NCBI GenBank assembly: GCA_965215365.1
Contig: CBDCDS010000003.1
Span: forward strand, 2,080,001 to 2,144,000
Reading direction: 5' to 3'
Source of the DNA: Gammaproteobacteria bacterium
Lineage (GTDB): Bacteria; Pseudomonadota; Gammaproteobacteria; Eutrophobiales; Eutrophobiaceae
Length of the DNA stretch: 64,000 bases
The notes below the pieces were generated by a model that was given only the letters and a program-made list of their open reading frames with translations, made no database searches and was not told the origin of the DNA. The first letter of the stretch is position 1. Each line of letters starts with the position of its first letter. The position numbers and the translations under genes were made by a program. This document shows positions 10,689 through 21,840 of the stretch, in pieces.

Positions 10689-13016
10689 CTAAAAAGTTGA
10701 ACCAAAAGTAAACTGGAACGGTTGCGTCTCATCACCTGCCTGATCACCAATGGGTTTGGCTATACTAACACTTACCAGGCCAAAAGGTGAGATCCAGATG
10801 CCACTTAAGCCGGCAGAGTACCTGAGATCACCGAGCTCGACCGACTTGTCGCTGGAATACACATTGCCACCGTCAAAAAACGCGGCAAACCGGACCTGCT
10901 TGAAGTCCTTGAGAAACGGCAGCGGAAAGATCATCTCGGCACCGCCGACTACCTTGATGTTGCCGCCCAGCGGTCGCCGCCGGGTACCGCCGCGCACCGG
11001 CGTATCCTTGGGACCCAGGGTATTTTCCTCATAACCGCGTACCGAGCGCGGGCCGCCAGCATAGAAGTTCTCAAAGAACGGCAGCTCATCGGTGCCGAAC
11101 AGGCCGTCACCGTAGCCGAAATCTCCCTTCACGGTAAAAATGAATTCACGCAGCACCGGATAATACCATTGGGTGCGGTAGCCCACCTTGAAAAATTCCA
11201 GGGAATTACCGAACGAAGGGATGGATACCTCCGAACTGAAACGGTGCTGTACGCCTCGGGTCGGCAAAATTGCTCGGTTGCGCGTGTCGTAGGAAAACGC
11301 CGCAGACAGCCGCAGGATATCGAACTTGCTGCCTTCCCGTTTAATGAAATCAACCACCTGCTGGGCAAAAAAACGGTCTTCGGACAGGCGCGTATTCTCA
11401 TAGCCGAAGGCGGTGCTGATGAAATTATATTCCGTCACCGGCAAGCCAAAACTGACGCCGGCCCCTATCACCCTGCTGTCGAACGCGGTAATGTTGGCAT
11501 CATAGGCCTCTGTTTCCTGGTAATTGAGGTTGAAGCCACGGCTGATGCCGTCCATGGTGTAGTAGGGGTTGACGTAACCTAAGGCAAAGCGGCGGTTAAT
11601 GTCGCTGTTGTTAAAGGCAAACTGTATGCGTTTCCCTGAACCCAGGAAGTTGTCTTGGGTGATGCTGGTCTGGAAGATCAACCCCTGGTTCTGAGAAAAC
11701 CCCAGGCCGGCCAGGAAGTTGCCAAACGGTTTTTCCGTGACGGTATAATCAACGTCAACCTGGTCTGCGGAACCGGCGATGGCCGGTGTCTCCACATTCA
11801 CCTCCTCAAAAAAGCCCAGTCGCTGCAACCGGATCTTGCCCCGTTCCACCTTGGGGGTGGAAATCCAGCCCCCCTCGTGCTGACGCATTTCCCGGCGCAG
11901 CACCTCATCCCGGGTGCGGGTGTTGCCGGAAAAATTGATGCGCCGGACATACACCCGCTTGCCCGGGTCAACAAAAAACGTGACTTCCACCGTGTTATCG
12001 CCTTCATTGATATCCGGGATAGAATTGACATTGGCAAACGCGTAGCCGGAGCCACCCAGGCGCTTGGTCATACGCTCGCTGCTGTCGGTCACCTGCTTGC
12101 GCGAGAACAGGCTGCCCCGGGTCACGCTGATAAGGGGGTACAGGCTCTCTTCCGGCAGGATGAACTCACCCGCCAGCTTCACCCCGGAGACGGTGTATTG
12201 TCCACCTTCGGTGATATTGATGGTGATATAGATGTCCTTCTTATCGGGCGTGATCGATACCTGGGTGGAATCGATACTGAAGTTGACGTAACCCCGGTCC
12301 AGGTAAAACGAGCGCAGGGTTTCCAGGTCACCGGACAATTTCTGTCGCGAATACTGATCGTCCTTGGTAAAAAAGGACAACAAAGTGGGACTGGACAACT
12401 CGAAGTCATCGAGCAGGTCTGCTTCCCGAAACGACTGGTTGCCGACGATGTTGATCTGTTTGATGCGCGCGGCCTTGCCTTCCGATATGTCGATGGCTAC
12501 CGCCACCCGGTTATTGGACAGTGGTGTCACCTCGGAATTGATGCTCACCGCGTATTTACCGGCGGAGAAATACTGCCGTCGCAACTCCCGTTCCAGACCG
12601 TCCAGTTGCGACTGGTCAAACACCCGTCCTTCGGCAAAGCCGATCTGGTTCAGGCCGTCCAACAGGTCTTCGGTCTTGATGTCCTTGTTGCCGCTGATCT
12701 CGATGCTGCCGATGGCGGCGCGCTCTCTGAGCACGATGACCAGCACATTGCCGTCCCGTTGCAGTTGCACATCATCGAAAAAACCGGTCTTGAACAGGGC
12801 GCTGACTGCCTCGGACGACACCTCCGGGTTAAACCTGTCACCCACTTCCAGCGGCAGGTAGTTGAACACGGTGCCCGGGGTCAGGCGTTGCAAGCCTTCG
12901 ACCCGAATATCCTCAATGACAAATTCCTGCGCGGCCAGCCCGGTGCACAGGCAGGCCAGCAACAACGCCGCCAAAGTGGAGCGACACAGGCAACTTTTCA
13001 ATTTCTCCGCCAGCAT
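10689..13016 (-). CDS. bamA: Outer membrane protein assembly factor BamA
   Basis: FVIEDIRVEGLQR POTRA start, GNTRTRDEVLRRE, SVRGY motif, C-terminal FQFTFGSTF. Confidence 0.97.
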   Translation of the reverse strand: MLAEKLKSCLCRSTLAALLLACLCTGLAAQEFVIEDIRVEGLQRLTPGTVFNYLPLEVGDRFNPEVSSEAVSALFKTGFFDDVQLQRDGNVLVIVLRERAAIGSIEISGNKDIKTEDLLDGLNQIGFAEGRVFDQSQLDGLERELRRQYFSAGKYAVSINSEVTPLSNNRVAVAIDISEGKAARIKQINIVGNQSFREADLLDDFELSSPTLLSFFTKDDQYSRQKLSGDLETLRSFYLDRGYVNFSIDSTQVSITPDKKDIYITINITEGGQYTVSGVKLAGEFILPEESLYPLISVTRGSLFSRKQVTDSSERMTKRLGGSGYAFANVNSIPDINEGDNTVEVTFFVDPGKRVYVRRINFSGNTRTRDEVLRREMRQHEGGWISTPKVERGKIRLQRLGFFEEVNVETPAIAGSADQVDVDYTVTEKPFGNFLAGLGFSQNQGLIFQTSITQDNFLGSGKRIQFAFNNSDINRRFALGYVNPYYTMDGISRGFNLNYQETEAYDANITAFDSRVIGAGVSFGLPVTEYNFISTAFGYENTRLSEDRFFAQQVVDFIKREGSKFDILRLSAAFSYDTRNRAILPTRGVQHRFSSEVSIPSFGNSLEFFKVGYRTQWYYPVLREFIFTVKGDFGYGDGLFGTDELPFFENFYAGGPRSVRGYEENTLGPKDTPVRGGTRRRPLGGNIKVVGGAEMIFPLPFLKDFKQVRFAAFFDGGNVYSSDKSVELGDLRYSAGLSGIWISPFGLVSVSIAKPIGDQAGDETQPFQFTFGSTF

Positions 13017-13116
13017 AGCGGCTTATACTGAAATACTACGACTAAAAAATCAACACTTGCCGGTCACATTTTACGGCACATTCTCCATATAACGACAAAT
13101 CAAGCCCCTGGCAGCC

Positions 13117-16100
13117 CTACCACTGCCAGTTGAACCTGAGCTCGAACCCATGTTCGGCTTCGGCCTGTACACGCATGCGACGAACTGCGCGCATACTGAG
13201 GGAGAAGTCCGGGGCGTGTGCCGCCGCCGGCGCTAACTGCCAGCCAAGGTGATAGTCCTGCACCCCGGCGGCGCGTCCGACGCCGGCCAGCGGGTGGCTA
13301 CTGAAGCGCCCCTTCAAGGCGGGCAGGCCGTAGGCCGCCTCCAGCGTCCAGCGGGCGGCGGCGTGAGTGCCGCGCCGCGACTGTAGCGTCTCCGGCCGGA
13401 ACAGTGCATCAAGGCCGCCATAAGCCGGACCACCAAGGTCATGGCGCAGGCTCAGCCGAGGACCGAAGGGAGTCCCCGGCGCCGGGTCGAAGGTCAACAC
13501 CGCGGAGATACCCCGGTCTTTGAGATCACCATCCTCGTGCGTCAGCAGTGTGCGGGCTGAGATGTCCAGCGTCAGGCCGAGGCGCGGCTCGAGCCACTGC
13601 ACGCCACCGCCAAACTCGACACCAAAGCCGGTCTCGGCGTCGCCGCCGTCGTGGCGGGCGCCGACAGCCAGATTCGGCGTGACCCGTCGGGTGCCGGCAA
13701 AGTCCAGCACCCAACTGCCCTCCAAACCCAGACGCAGCCGGGTCACGGCGGATGCTGAGGCCAACAGGCCGCGCGTCGCCGCCGAGGTCGTGCGCGTCCA
13801 CAGAGCATCGGAGGTGAGTGCCAGCACCGGACCAGGCCCGACCGGAGCGAGCAGGTCGCCGCGCAGGCCGGCCGCGGCCAGTACCCAATCAGTGTCGGCG
13901 GTAAGGGTCGCAGCGGCACCCGGCATCAATGTCACTGCGCCGCGGCCATAGCCGGTGGCACCCCACAGCGTCAGCCGCTCGGCGACCCGGCGCGTGGCGT
14001 AGGGGACCACGGCCGTCAGGGCAGACTTCACCTCACCGGCGCCCGCACCGACGGCAGTGTCCGGGTCGGCCGTAGCGCACAGTTCCGAAGTGCTGCCCGT
14101 AGTATCGCCCACAGCCACAACCTCATCTTTACAGAGATTACCGGCGGCGGCGCGATAGCCGCCGGCGGCCGCAGTCTCGGTCAGCGTCAAGCCGACGAGC
14201 CAGTCGCCTCGGGCGTAGTCGGCGCCCAGCATGACGGTGGTGACCTTGCCGTTGAGGGTTACATCGGTACCATGACCGCGGTCAACGCCGTCAAAGTGAC
14301 TTTGTGCCGCGCGCCCCCAGAAAGCCAGACTGCCAGCGGCGCGGTCGGCGGCCCGGGTCAGCGTAAAGCTCGACCCTAACAATGCTGCGCGCGCAGTCAT
14401 GGAGGTGCCGTCTCCGGGTGGCCGGGAGTCAAGTAGCCGGGCGTCGAGTAACCGGACATCGAGTGAATGAGCAGCGGCTGAGTGGCTATCGCCCGCCAAG
14501 GTTGAGCGCCCCAACAATGGCTTCACACCGACGCCACCGCCAGGGGTATGGAATCCGTCTGGCCCGTTCGTCGCGCCTATAGTGAGGGGCGCCACGCCGC
14601 CGCTGACCGGTTTTACCGCCGCCGCGCTGAATGCCCGACCCGCAAACACCCCGCGCAGCCCCGGTGTGCGCGGGGCCGCCAAGCGTCCGGCGATGCCGCC
14701 GAGCGCATGCTCGGCCACAGTGCGCCCGAACCGTGCGAGGTGAGCCGCCGGCAGCGGATCGTCGTTCGTGATCATACCCACGCCCACCGCATCGGCGAGC
14801 GCCGCTCCATCGCTCACGCGGGTCAGAACCAGCTCGAACGTCTCGCCGCTGTCGTCGTGGGCATCATTGATTGTCGCAACCAAAATCTGCTGCTCGACAT
14901 CCCCCTTCCGGAAAACGGCAGCGGCGGACTTGGCTCTGTAGTCCACGCCCTCCTCGGCCGACACCGGCATGCTCTCGCGCGTCTTGGCGAACACGTAGAT
15001 GAGAACCGGTGCCGGTGCCGACAGCCGTACCGTGAACGCCGCCGCATGCCCCTCGCGCACCTCGGCATCGTCCACCGAAACCGTCGGCTCTGTCGAAGCC
15101 GGCGCCGGTGACGGGGTGGCCTGCTGCGCCGCGCCGCCTTCCCGCGCCGCCAGTGCCGCCGCTACCGGGTCCCAGCGCGACCAGCCCCGGCCTGCATAGC
15201 CTTGCGCCTCGGCAGTGGTCATCGGCTCCAGCTCGACGAAAGCTACGTCGGTCTCGCCCAAAGCCTTGAGCACCCGCTGCCAGCGCCTCACGTGCTCGGG
15301 ACCCTCGTCGGTCTCGAGCGCATAGCCGCGCACGGCAGCAATCAAATCAGCATAGGGGTCGGCTTCCGCCGCTACTTCGGTCTCTGTCTCAACTTCGGTC
15401 TCCGCCTCGACTTCGGTCTTCGCTTCAGCCTCAGCCTCCGCTGCAGCCGCGACATCGTCTTGGTTCTCAGCCGGCGCTTGCTGCGCCTGCTGCGTAGCAC
15501 CTTCCCGCGCCGCCAGCGCCACCACCACCGGCACCCAGCGCGCCCAACCCTGGTCAGCGTAGCCCTGTGCCTCAGCTGCGGTCATGGCCGGGCCTTCGCC
15601 CTCGGTACCGCCGCTCAGCGCATGCAGTACGCGCCGCCAGCGCAAGACATGGCCCCATCCCTGCGCGAGCTCGGTGGTGTAGTGGCGGACCTTGTCAATG
15701 AGGGGCGCCTCCGCGATGGTGAAGCGGGTTTCGCTGAGCCCCTCACTGGAAACACCCGAGTTAACCGTTTGCGACAGGGTGACAATCACGCTTTCCTCCA
15801 GCTCATCCAGGTCATCGGGCAGGATCGTGATGTTAAAGCGGGCCCGGCTTGAGCCGGCAGTGCGCGCGGTGCCGTCCGCCGCGTTGTTCGTCCGCGTGCA
15901 ACCGTCCTGGTTGAGTCTCACAAGCCTGCCGTTGTGCCACAGCTGATAGTCCGCGCCGGGCGTCGCGGTGCCCGTGAAGCACAGCCGGAATCCCCAGGCG
16001 TTCGGCAGGTGCAAGCCCGTGCCATCCGGCTTGTAGGCGATCCGGTGGACGGAGAAAGTCCGTTGCGCGCCTTCGGGCAGAGTCTGCCCCGATACCTCGC

Positions 16101-18297
16101 TGCGCGCAGGTGAAAACACAATGAAGTCGCGTTCGTTGATGACGGTGTTGGCCGTGACCACCAGGTTGAAGCCGCGGGCTGTCGCGTGCGGGTCCGCGCC
16201 GCCGCCGACATTGCTGCCGAGGCTCGTGCGGTCGAAGCCGTTGATGCCGGCACCGTCCGGCCCCAGCTCGACCCGCAGCGTCTTGCCGCCGCTGCCCGCC
16301 GCGGCAGTCAGCGCCAGCGTCGCCAAGCGGGCACCGGTGCCGTCGAAGCGCAACTGCGGCGTGGCGGTGGCGGCGCCGCTGAGTGCCACGCCTTCGTTGA
16401 GGCCGGCGCCGGATTGCAGCGCCAGATTCCAGTCGCCGACGGTGACATTGGCGCCGGACACGGCGAGCGGCACATCAATGATCTCGCCGGCAACGAGCGC
16501 ACGGCCAAGCGTAACTGTGAATACCGCCGTTTCGCCCTCGAACAATGAGCCTCCGCCCGCCAGCGACACGATCGTGGGGTCGTCGTCACGCACCGCGAGG
16601 ACAACCGAACCCGGCGCGCCGAGGGTGTAGCCGGAACCGGCGGCGATACGGGTGGTGAGCGACCAGTCGGGCTCGTCCAGATTGTTGCCGGTTGCGGTGA
16701 CGGTATAGCTGTTGCTGCTGCCGCCGCCGGAAATCGTCGTGGCCGAGGCGCTTACGCTGCCCCGCGCAGACACCGTCGGCTGGCCGTGGTTGATCGAGCC
16801 GTCCACGGGAATATCCGAGGTGACGATGATGGTGGCGGTGGCGCCCTCGTCGATGCGGGTGGTCGCGCCCTGCGCCGCCACCGTCAGCACGGGCGTGTCA
16901 TCGTCGGTTACGGTCACGGTCACGCTGCCTATTGAGATGCCGTTGTAGTCGGTATCGCTCGATGCCGCGGTATGGGTGATGACCGAGCTGCGCTGGTTGC
17001 CCACATCGTCGCGGCTGTTGTTGACGCCGGTGACGGTGATGGTTTGCGCCACGTTCCAGGCGCCGGCGCCGCTGGGCGTGAAAGTAAGCGTTTGCGTCTT
17101 GCCAGCCGAGCCTGCGGCCTTGTTGACGGTGGCCGCGCTGTCGGTGGCCGAGCTGACTGTGATGGTGACATTGTGGCCGGGCTCGGTGGCGAGCCGGACG
17201 GTGTAGGTGTCGCCGCCGCCGTTCTCGCCAACCGAGGTGCCACCATCCGATTCAACAATGAGCACCTCGGGCGTGTCGTCGTCTGCAACTGTCACCGTGG
17301 CTGCGGACGAGGTACCCAGGGTGTAGCCGGTGCCGGCCGTCAGCGTCACTGTCACGTCGCCGTTCGCTTCGTTGGTATTGTCCGCCACCGTTGCCACACT
17401 GTAGGCAACCGAGGCCTGTCCCGCCGCGATCGTCACGGTGTCCGCGCCCTCATTGCCCGTTGCCACGAAGTCGCTGCCCGAGGCATCGGCGACCGTGAGG
17501 CTCACCGCCAGCGCCGCCGTGGTCGCGCCCGTGCGGCTGATGGTGAAGCGCGCCGCTGCGCCCTCGGTGACCGGCGAGGCGACGCCGGCGATGGTGACCG
17601 TCGGGAGGGTGACGGCCGCGCCGTTGATGCGGATTTTGAGGCTGGACCGGACAAGGTTGTTGGTCCATTGAGCGCCATCCGTATTCCATCGGAACCGATG
17701 CAGGTTGGCGATGCTCCAGCCACTGGCGGCACCGCTGTCCTCGTTCATCGATGTGGTAACTCGCCATGAGGCGAAGTTGCTGCCGATGTCGCCGGTGACA
17801 TCAAGGACGAGGAAGTACGAGGTGTTGGCCGCCAGCGCGATGCCGCTGCCGGCCGCCGTAAACGTCAGCACCGTGTCGCTCGTGAACGCGGTGTATGCGG
17901 GATTCCGCAAGGTGCCCACCACAGTTCCCGGTGCGCCGCTGGCGTTGGCGCGGATCGACACCGTAAAGGGGACGCCGGCATCCAACCTGTTGAATTCGAT
18001 TTCGACGCTGTTCAACCGGTAGCCGGCACTGTTGCCGCCGGTGGTGAATTGCTGGGCGTGATCGAGCCCGCCAAACAAGCTGGCAATGAGGCTGGGATTG
18101 GCGAAGTCCGCCTGGCCGAGATTGCTGACCAGCGCCTGCTGCGCCAGAACTTTGGCAGGCAGGCCGGCCAGACCCAACAGCGCTGCCGCCAACAGCGGCA
18201 GCAAGCCGCACTGGACTTTGCCCGTCCCTCGTCTCGCCTCGGCGCCGCTTTGGGTTGTTCGCCAATTAGCGTCACCGCGCTCTTCGTTGCTTACCAT
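13117..18297 (-). CDS. Large surface protein: signal peptide, beta-sandwich/Calx-beta repeats, two helical repeats, C-terminal autotransporter-like beta-barrel
   Basis: V.EG..A.FT and TVTVADDD Calx-beta-like motifs; GADYARGDW, RHDGGDAETGFG, barrel signature FELRFNWQW at the C-terminus; visibly higher GC than neighbours. Confidence 0.8.
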   Translation of the reverse strand: MVSNEERGDANWRTTQSGAEARRGTGKVQCGLLPLLAAALLGLAGLPAKVLAQQALVSNLGQADFANPSLIASLFGGLDHAQQFTTGGNSAGYRLNSVEIEFNRLDAGVPFTVSIRANASGAPGTVVGTLRNPAYTAFTSDTVLTFTAAGSGIALAANTSYFLVLDVTGDIGSNFASWRVTTSMNEDSGAASGWSIANLHRFRWNTDGAQWTNNLVRSSLKIRINGAAVTLPTVTIAGVASPVTEGAAARFTISRTGATTAALAVSLTVADASGSDFVATGNEGADTVTIAAGQASVAYSVATVADNTNEANGDVTVTLTAGTGYTLGTSSAATVTVADDDTPEVLIVESDGGTSVGENGGGDTYTVRLATEPGHNVTITVSSATDSAATVNKAAGSAGKTQTLTFTPSGAGAWNVAQTITVTGVNNSRDDVGNQRSSVITHTAASSDTDYNGISIGSVTVTVTDDDTPVLTVAAQGATTRIDEGATATIIVTSDIPVDGSINHGQPTVSARGSVSASATTISGGGSSNSYTVTATGNNLDEPDWSLTTRIAAGSGYTLGAPGSVVLAVRDDDPTIVSLAGGGSLFEGETAVFTVTLGRALVAGEIIDVPLAVSGANVTVGDWNLALQSGAGLNEGVALSGAATATPQLRFDGTGARLATLALTAAAGSGGKTLRVELGPDGAGINGFDRTSLGSNVGGGADPHATARGFNLVVTANTVINERDFIVFSPARSEVSGQTLPEGAQRTFSVHRIAYKPDGTGLHLPNAWGFRLCFTGTATPGADYQLWHNGRLVRLNQDGCTRTNNAADGTARTAGSSRARFNITILPDDLDELEESVIVTLSQTVNSGVSSEGLSETRFTIAEAPLIDKVRHYTTELAQGWGHVLRWRRVLHALSGGTEGEGPAMTAAEAQGYADQGWARWVPVVVALAAREGATQQAQQAPAENQDDVAAAAEAEAEAKTEVEAETEVETETEVAAEADPYADLIAAVRGYALETDEGPEHVRRWQRVLKALGETDVAFVELEPMTTAEAQGYAGRGWSRWDPVAAALAAREGGAAQQATPSPAPASTEPTVSVDDAEVREGHAAAFTVRLSAPAPVLIYVFAKTRESMPVSAEEGVDYRAKSAAAVFRKGDVEQQILVATINDAHDDSGETFELVLTRVSDGAALADAVGVGMITNDDPLPAAHLARFGRTVAEHALGGIAGRLAAPRTPGLRGVFAGRAFSAAAVKPVSGGVAPLTIGATNGPDGFHTPGGGVGVKPLLGRSTLAGDSHSAAAHSLDVRLLDARLLDSRPPGDGTSMTARAALLGSSFTLTRAADRAAGSLAFWGRAAQSHFDGVDRGHGTDVTLNGKVTTVMLGADYARGDWLVGLTLTETAAAGGYRAAAGNLCKDEVVAVGDTTGSTSELCATADPDTAVGAGAGEVKSALTAVVPYATRRVAERLTLWGATGYGRGAVTLMPGAAATLTADTDWVLAAAGLRGDLLAPVGPGPVLALTSDALWTRTTSAATRGLLASASAVTRLRLGLEGSWVLDFAGTRRVTPNLAVGARHDGGDAETGFGVEFGGGVQWLEPRLGLTLDISARTLLTHEDGDLKDRGISAVLTFDPAPGTPFGPRLSLRHDLGGPAYGGLDALFRPETLQSRRGTHAAARWTLEAAYGLPALKGRFSSHPLAGVGRAAGVQDYHLGWQLAPAAAHAPDFSLSMRAVRRMRVQAEAEHGFELRFNWQW

Positions 18298-18357
18298 AGT
18301 GAAAAAGGTGGTTTTGCCAGGCCCTCGCCATAACCGGCAAAGATGGGCGCTGTTTTC

Positions 18358-19728
18358 CTAACCGACCAGTCGCAGGATGTCATTGTAGAGTGCCAGCACC
18401 ATCAGACTGAACAACAGTACCAGACCCACGCGCTGGGCCAGCACCTGCGCGCTGAGCGACACCGGACTGCCTTTGACAAACTCCACTAGATAATAACACA
18501 GGTGGCCGCCGTCGAGCATGGGGATCGGCAGCAGGTTCAAAATCCCCAGGCTGATGCTGACCAGGGCCAGGAAACTCAGGAACGCGACCACACCCAGTTG
18601 TGCGGTCTGCCCCGCGTACCGGGCAATGCTGACCGGCCCGCTGAGGTTCTTCAAGGAGGCCTGGCCGGTCATCATGCGCCCCAGTATCTGCAGGGTCATT
18701 ACGGACATATCGACGGTTTTAACTACCCCTTTCAGCGCCGCCTGATACCACGGATAGGTTTCCCGCGCCAACAGGGACTCGTCAAGAGCGGCCTTAGGGT
18801 CGAGGCCGACGCCAACATAACCGATGCGCTCGCCCTGCTCGTCAGTCCTTGCCTCAGGCGTGACTACCAGGGTCATGCGCGTGCCGGCTCTGGCTATGGT
18901 GACAGTCATGGGGGTATCCGGCGCCGCCCTGATCAGTTCCACCCAGTGCTGCCAATCGCGCACGGGCGTCTCGTCAACGGCAACGATTTCATCGGCTTCA
19001 CGCAGGCCGCCCTGCCAGGCCGCACCTTGGTAACTGACCTGCCCCAACTTCGCCGCCGCGTGCGGACGCGCCGGCTCGAAGCCCAGCAGGTCCAACAGGC
19101 TACCCGCGGCCATGGCATCGATGGAGATGGTGCCCAGGTCCAGCGTCAGCACCCGTTCAGTGTCGCGCGCATCCCGCACCCGTAACGCCGTGCTATCACC
19201 CTCAACAACGCCGGCCACCAGATATTCCAAGGCGGTATTCCAGGTCGGCGTCGGCTGCCCGTCGATGGCTATAATCTCATCACCCGCCTGCAAACCGGAC
19301 TGCACGGCCAGCTTGCCATTCTGCACCGATCCCAGCACCGGTTTCAGCCCGGTAATGCCGATCATGAAGACCAGCCAGTACGCCAGAATGGCAAAGATGA
19401 AATTGAAAATGGGGCCGGCGGCAACAATGGCGAACCGTTGCCCCAGCGATTTGTTATTGAAGGCCCGGCCCTGCTCGGCTGCCGGCACCGGTGCCTCGCG
19501 TTCGTCCAGCATTCTCACATAGCCACCCAACGGCACCATGCCGATGACAAATTCGGTGTCATCGGCGCCGAACTTGCGGCGCCACAACGGCCGCCCGAAG
19601 CCCACCGCAAACTGCAGCACCTTGACGCCACAACGCCGGGCCACCCAGAAGTGACCGAACTCATGGAACGTGATCAGGATTCCCAGCGCGACGATGAACG
19701 CCAGCAGCATTTGCACTATGCCAATCAT
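18358..19728 (-). CDS. rseP: RIP metalloprotease RseP
   Basis: HEFGH, PLGGYVRM, AGP.FNF, two PDZ domains, NLLPIPMLDGGH; start taken at MIGIVQ. Confidence 0.96.
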   Translation of the reverse strand: MIGIVQMLLAFIVALGILITFHEFGHFWVARRCGVKVLQFAVGFGRPLWRRKFGADDTEFVIGMVPLGGYVRMLDEREAPVPAAEQGRAFNNKSLGQRFAIVAAGPIFNFIFAILAYWLVFMIGITGLKPVLGSVQNGKLAVQSGLQAGDEIIAIDGQPTPTWNTALEYLVAGVVEGDSTALRVRDARDTERVLTLDLGTISIDAMAAGSLLDLLGFEPARPHAAAKLGQVSYQGAAWQGGLREADEIVAVDETPVRDWQHWVELIRAAPDTPMTVTIARAGTRMTLVVTPEARTDEQGERIGYVGVGLDPKAALDESLLARETYPWYQAALKGVVKTVDMSVMTLQILGRMMTGQASLKNLSGPVSIARYAGQTAQLGVVAFLSFLALVSISLGILNLLPIPMLDGGHLCYYLVEFVKGSPVSLSAQVLAQRVGLVLLFSLMVLALYNDILRLVG

Positions 19729-19798
19729 GCGCGGCAGCTCCGGCAACCTGAGCAGGCAGAGCAAGAACCCGCCACAACAGCACGCTTGAGAGCAGTCA

Positions 19799-20995
19799 TC
19801 ACCCTCCGAATTTTGCCGACAATACCCGGCAGTGATCCTGTGCATGGGTGCGCGCCTGTTGGTCTGCACGCAGTATCTGTTCCAGAGTGTCAGCCGGCTC
19901 GAGCGCAACCGCGCTCAGGGTCTGTTCCACCACGGCAGCAATGTCCGTGTATCTGATGCGCCCGTTGAGAAATTCATCCACCGCCACCTCATTAGCGGCA
20001 TTGAGCAGGGTGGTGCCGGTGCCGCCGGCGACAAAGGCCTGGCGCGCCAGCCTCAGGCATGGAAACCGTTGCGGGTCCGGCTGTGCAAAGTTCAGTTGCG
20101 ACACCTCGAACAGATTTAATCGTTTTACTCCGGCATCAATGCGCTGCGGCCAGGCTAGGGCATAAGCAATAGGCGTGCGCATATCCGGATTGCCCAGTTG
20201 CGCCAGCACCGAGCCATCGGCGTATTCAACCAGGGAATGAATGATGCTTTCGGGATGGATCACGACCTCAACGTTATCGGTGTCAGTGGCGAACAGCCAG
20301 CAGGCCTCAATGACCTCCAGCCCCTTATTCATCATGGTGGCAGAATCCACTGATATTTTTCTACCCATATCCCAGTTGGGATGAGCGCAGGCCTGGTCTG
20401 CCGTCACCTCTCGCAATGCCGACAGCGGCGTTGTCCGGAACGGGCCGCCCGATGCGGTCAGCAGGATACGGTTCACCCCGACCTTTTGCAAACCCTGCGC
20501 GCGCGGTTGCGGCGGCATACACTGGAATATGGCATTGTGCTCACTGTCAACGGGCAGCAGGCAGGCATTGTTTTTCCTGACCGCATCCATGAACAGTTTA
20601 CCGGACATCACCAGCGCCTCCTTATTGGCCAGCATGACCCGCTTGCCGCGCTGCGCCGCGGCCAGGGTCGGCAACAGGCCGGCGGCGCCGACAATGGCGG
20701 CCATGACATAGTCCGTTTCGGCACTGGCGGCGACTTCCTGCAACCCATCGCTCCCTGCCAGCACCCGTATTTCCGGTGCCTTGTGGCGCAGACCGTCCCG
20801 CAACTGTAGGGCGGCGTCCGGGTCAGCCATCACCGCGTAGCGCGGGCGCCACTCAAGACATTGCGCCAGCAACCCTTGCACGTTGTTATTGGCGGTGAGC
20901 GCAACCGGCGCAAACAGGTCCCGGTGGCGGGACATGACGTCCAGCGTGCTGACGCCGATACTGCCGGTCGAACCCAGGATGGTAATGCCAATCAT
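19799..20995 (-). CDS. dxr: 1-deoxy-D-xylulose 5-phosphate reductoisomerase
   Basis: [43 protein letters not shown]. Confidence 0.98.
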   Translation of the reverse strand: MIGITILGSTGSIGVSTLDVMSRHRDLFAPVALTANNNVQGLLAQCLEWRPRYAVMADPDAALQLRDGLRHKAPEIRVLAGSDGLQEVAASAETDYVMAAIVGAAGLLPTLAAAQRGKRVMLANKEALVMSGKLFMDAVRKNNACLLPVDSEHNAIFQCMPPQPRAQGLQKVGVNRILLTASGGPFRTTPLSALREVTADQACAHPNWDMGRKISVDSATMMNKGLEVIEACWLFATDTDNVEVVIHPESIIHSLVEYADGSVLAQLGNPDMRTPIAYALAWPQRIDAGVKRLNLFEVSQLNFAQPDPQRFPCLRLARQAFVAGGTGTTLLNAANEVAVDEFLNGRIRYTDIAAVVEQTLSAVALEPADTLEQILRADQQARTHAQDHCRVLSAKFGG

Positions 20996-21000
20996 AGTCG

Positions 21001-21840
21001 TTACTCCAATAGCAGGACACCGCTAAAAAATACCGGCGCGGCGGCGGTCAGGCTGTCTATGCGGTCCAGCGCACCGCCGTGGCCCGGCAACAAATCGCCG
21101 CTGTCCTTCACGCCGCCGCTACGTTTCATCAGGCTCTCGGTGAGGTCGCCGACTACCGACATGGCCAGCGCCAGCAAACAGACCGGCATGAACAGCGCCA
21201 GTTCCACCAGGCTCAGTGGCAGCAGCAACAGCGCGCACAGCAACGCGGCCAACAAGCCACTGAGCAAGGCGGCCAGCAATCCTACTACGGTCTTGCCGGG
21301 GCTGATGTGCGCGGCCAGTTTACGCTTGCCCCATCTCCGGCCAACGTAATAGGCACTGCTATCCGCCACCCAGATCATAATAAACAGACAGCTTACCAGA
21401 ACCGGGCCGGACCATTCAGGATTTGTATGCAGCGCCACCAGCGCGGTCCAGGCCGGGACCAGCGCCAACACGCCGATAATGGCCTGCAGCAGTGGCCCGG
21501 GACTGAAGTTCCTGCCGTCCCGGTAACGCAGGATGAGCAGCAGCGCCACACCCCACCAGAGTAACGCCAGCCCCATAACAACCTGCGTCATCATACCGTC
21601 AAGGTTATGGTAGCAGAGCGCCAGCAGCAACAGACCCAGGACCAAGGCCAATAGTTTCCGCACCAATACTTGCCGGCGCCCGCGCGGCGGCATCAGCCCG
21701 GCCCATTCCCAGGCGCCAACTAGCGCCACCAGCGCACACAAGCCCGCAAACAGTTCCTGACCACCATACAGGGTAATACCCAGCGCCAGCGGTATCAGCG
21801 CCAGAGCAGTGCCGACACGCGCGTTAAGCGCCATGTTCAC
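21001..21840 (-). CDS. cdsA: Phosphatidate cytidylyltransferase
   Basis: ISPGKT, GDL.ES.MKR..GVKDSG.LLPGHGG.LDRIDS. Confidence 0.96.
   Translation of the reverse strand: MNMALNARVGTALALIPLALGITLYGGQELFAGLCALVALVGAWEWAGLMPPRGRRQVLVRKLLALVLGLLLLALCYHNLDGMMTQVVMGLALLWWGVALLLILRYRDGRNFSPGPLLQAIIGVLALVPAWTALVALHTNPEWSGPVLVSCLFIMIWVADSSAYYVGRRWGKRKLAAHISPGKTVVGLLAALLSGLLAALLCALLLLPLSLVELALFMPVCLLALAMSVVGDLTESLMKRSGGVKDSGDLLPGHGGALDRIDSLTAAAPVFFSGVLLLE

Noticed and set aside
11655-13031. 458-aa + strand ORF, and many similar antisense ORFs across the window
   Set aside because: Shadow ORFs opposite well-supported genes in GC-rich DNA
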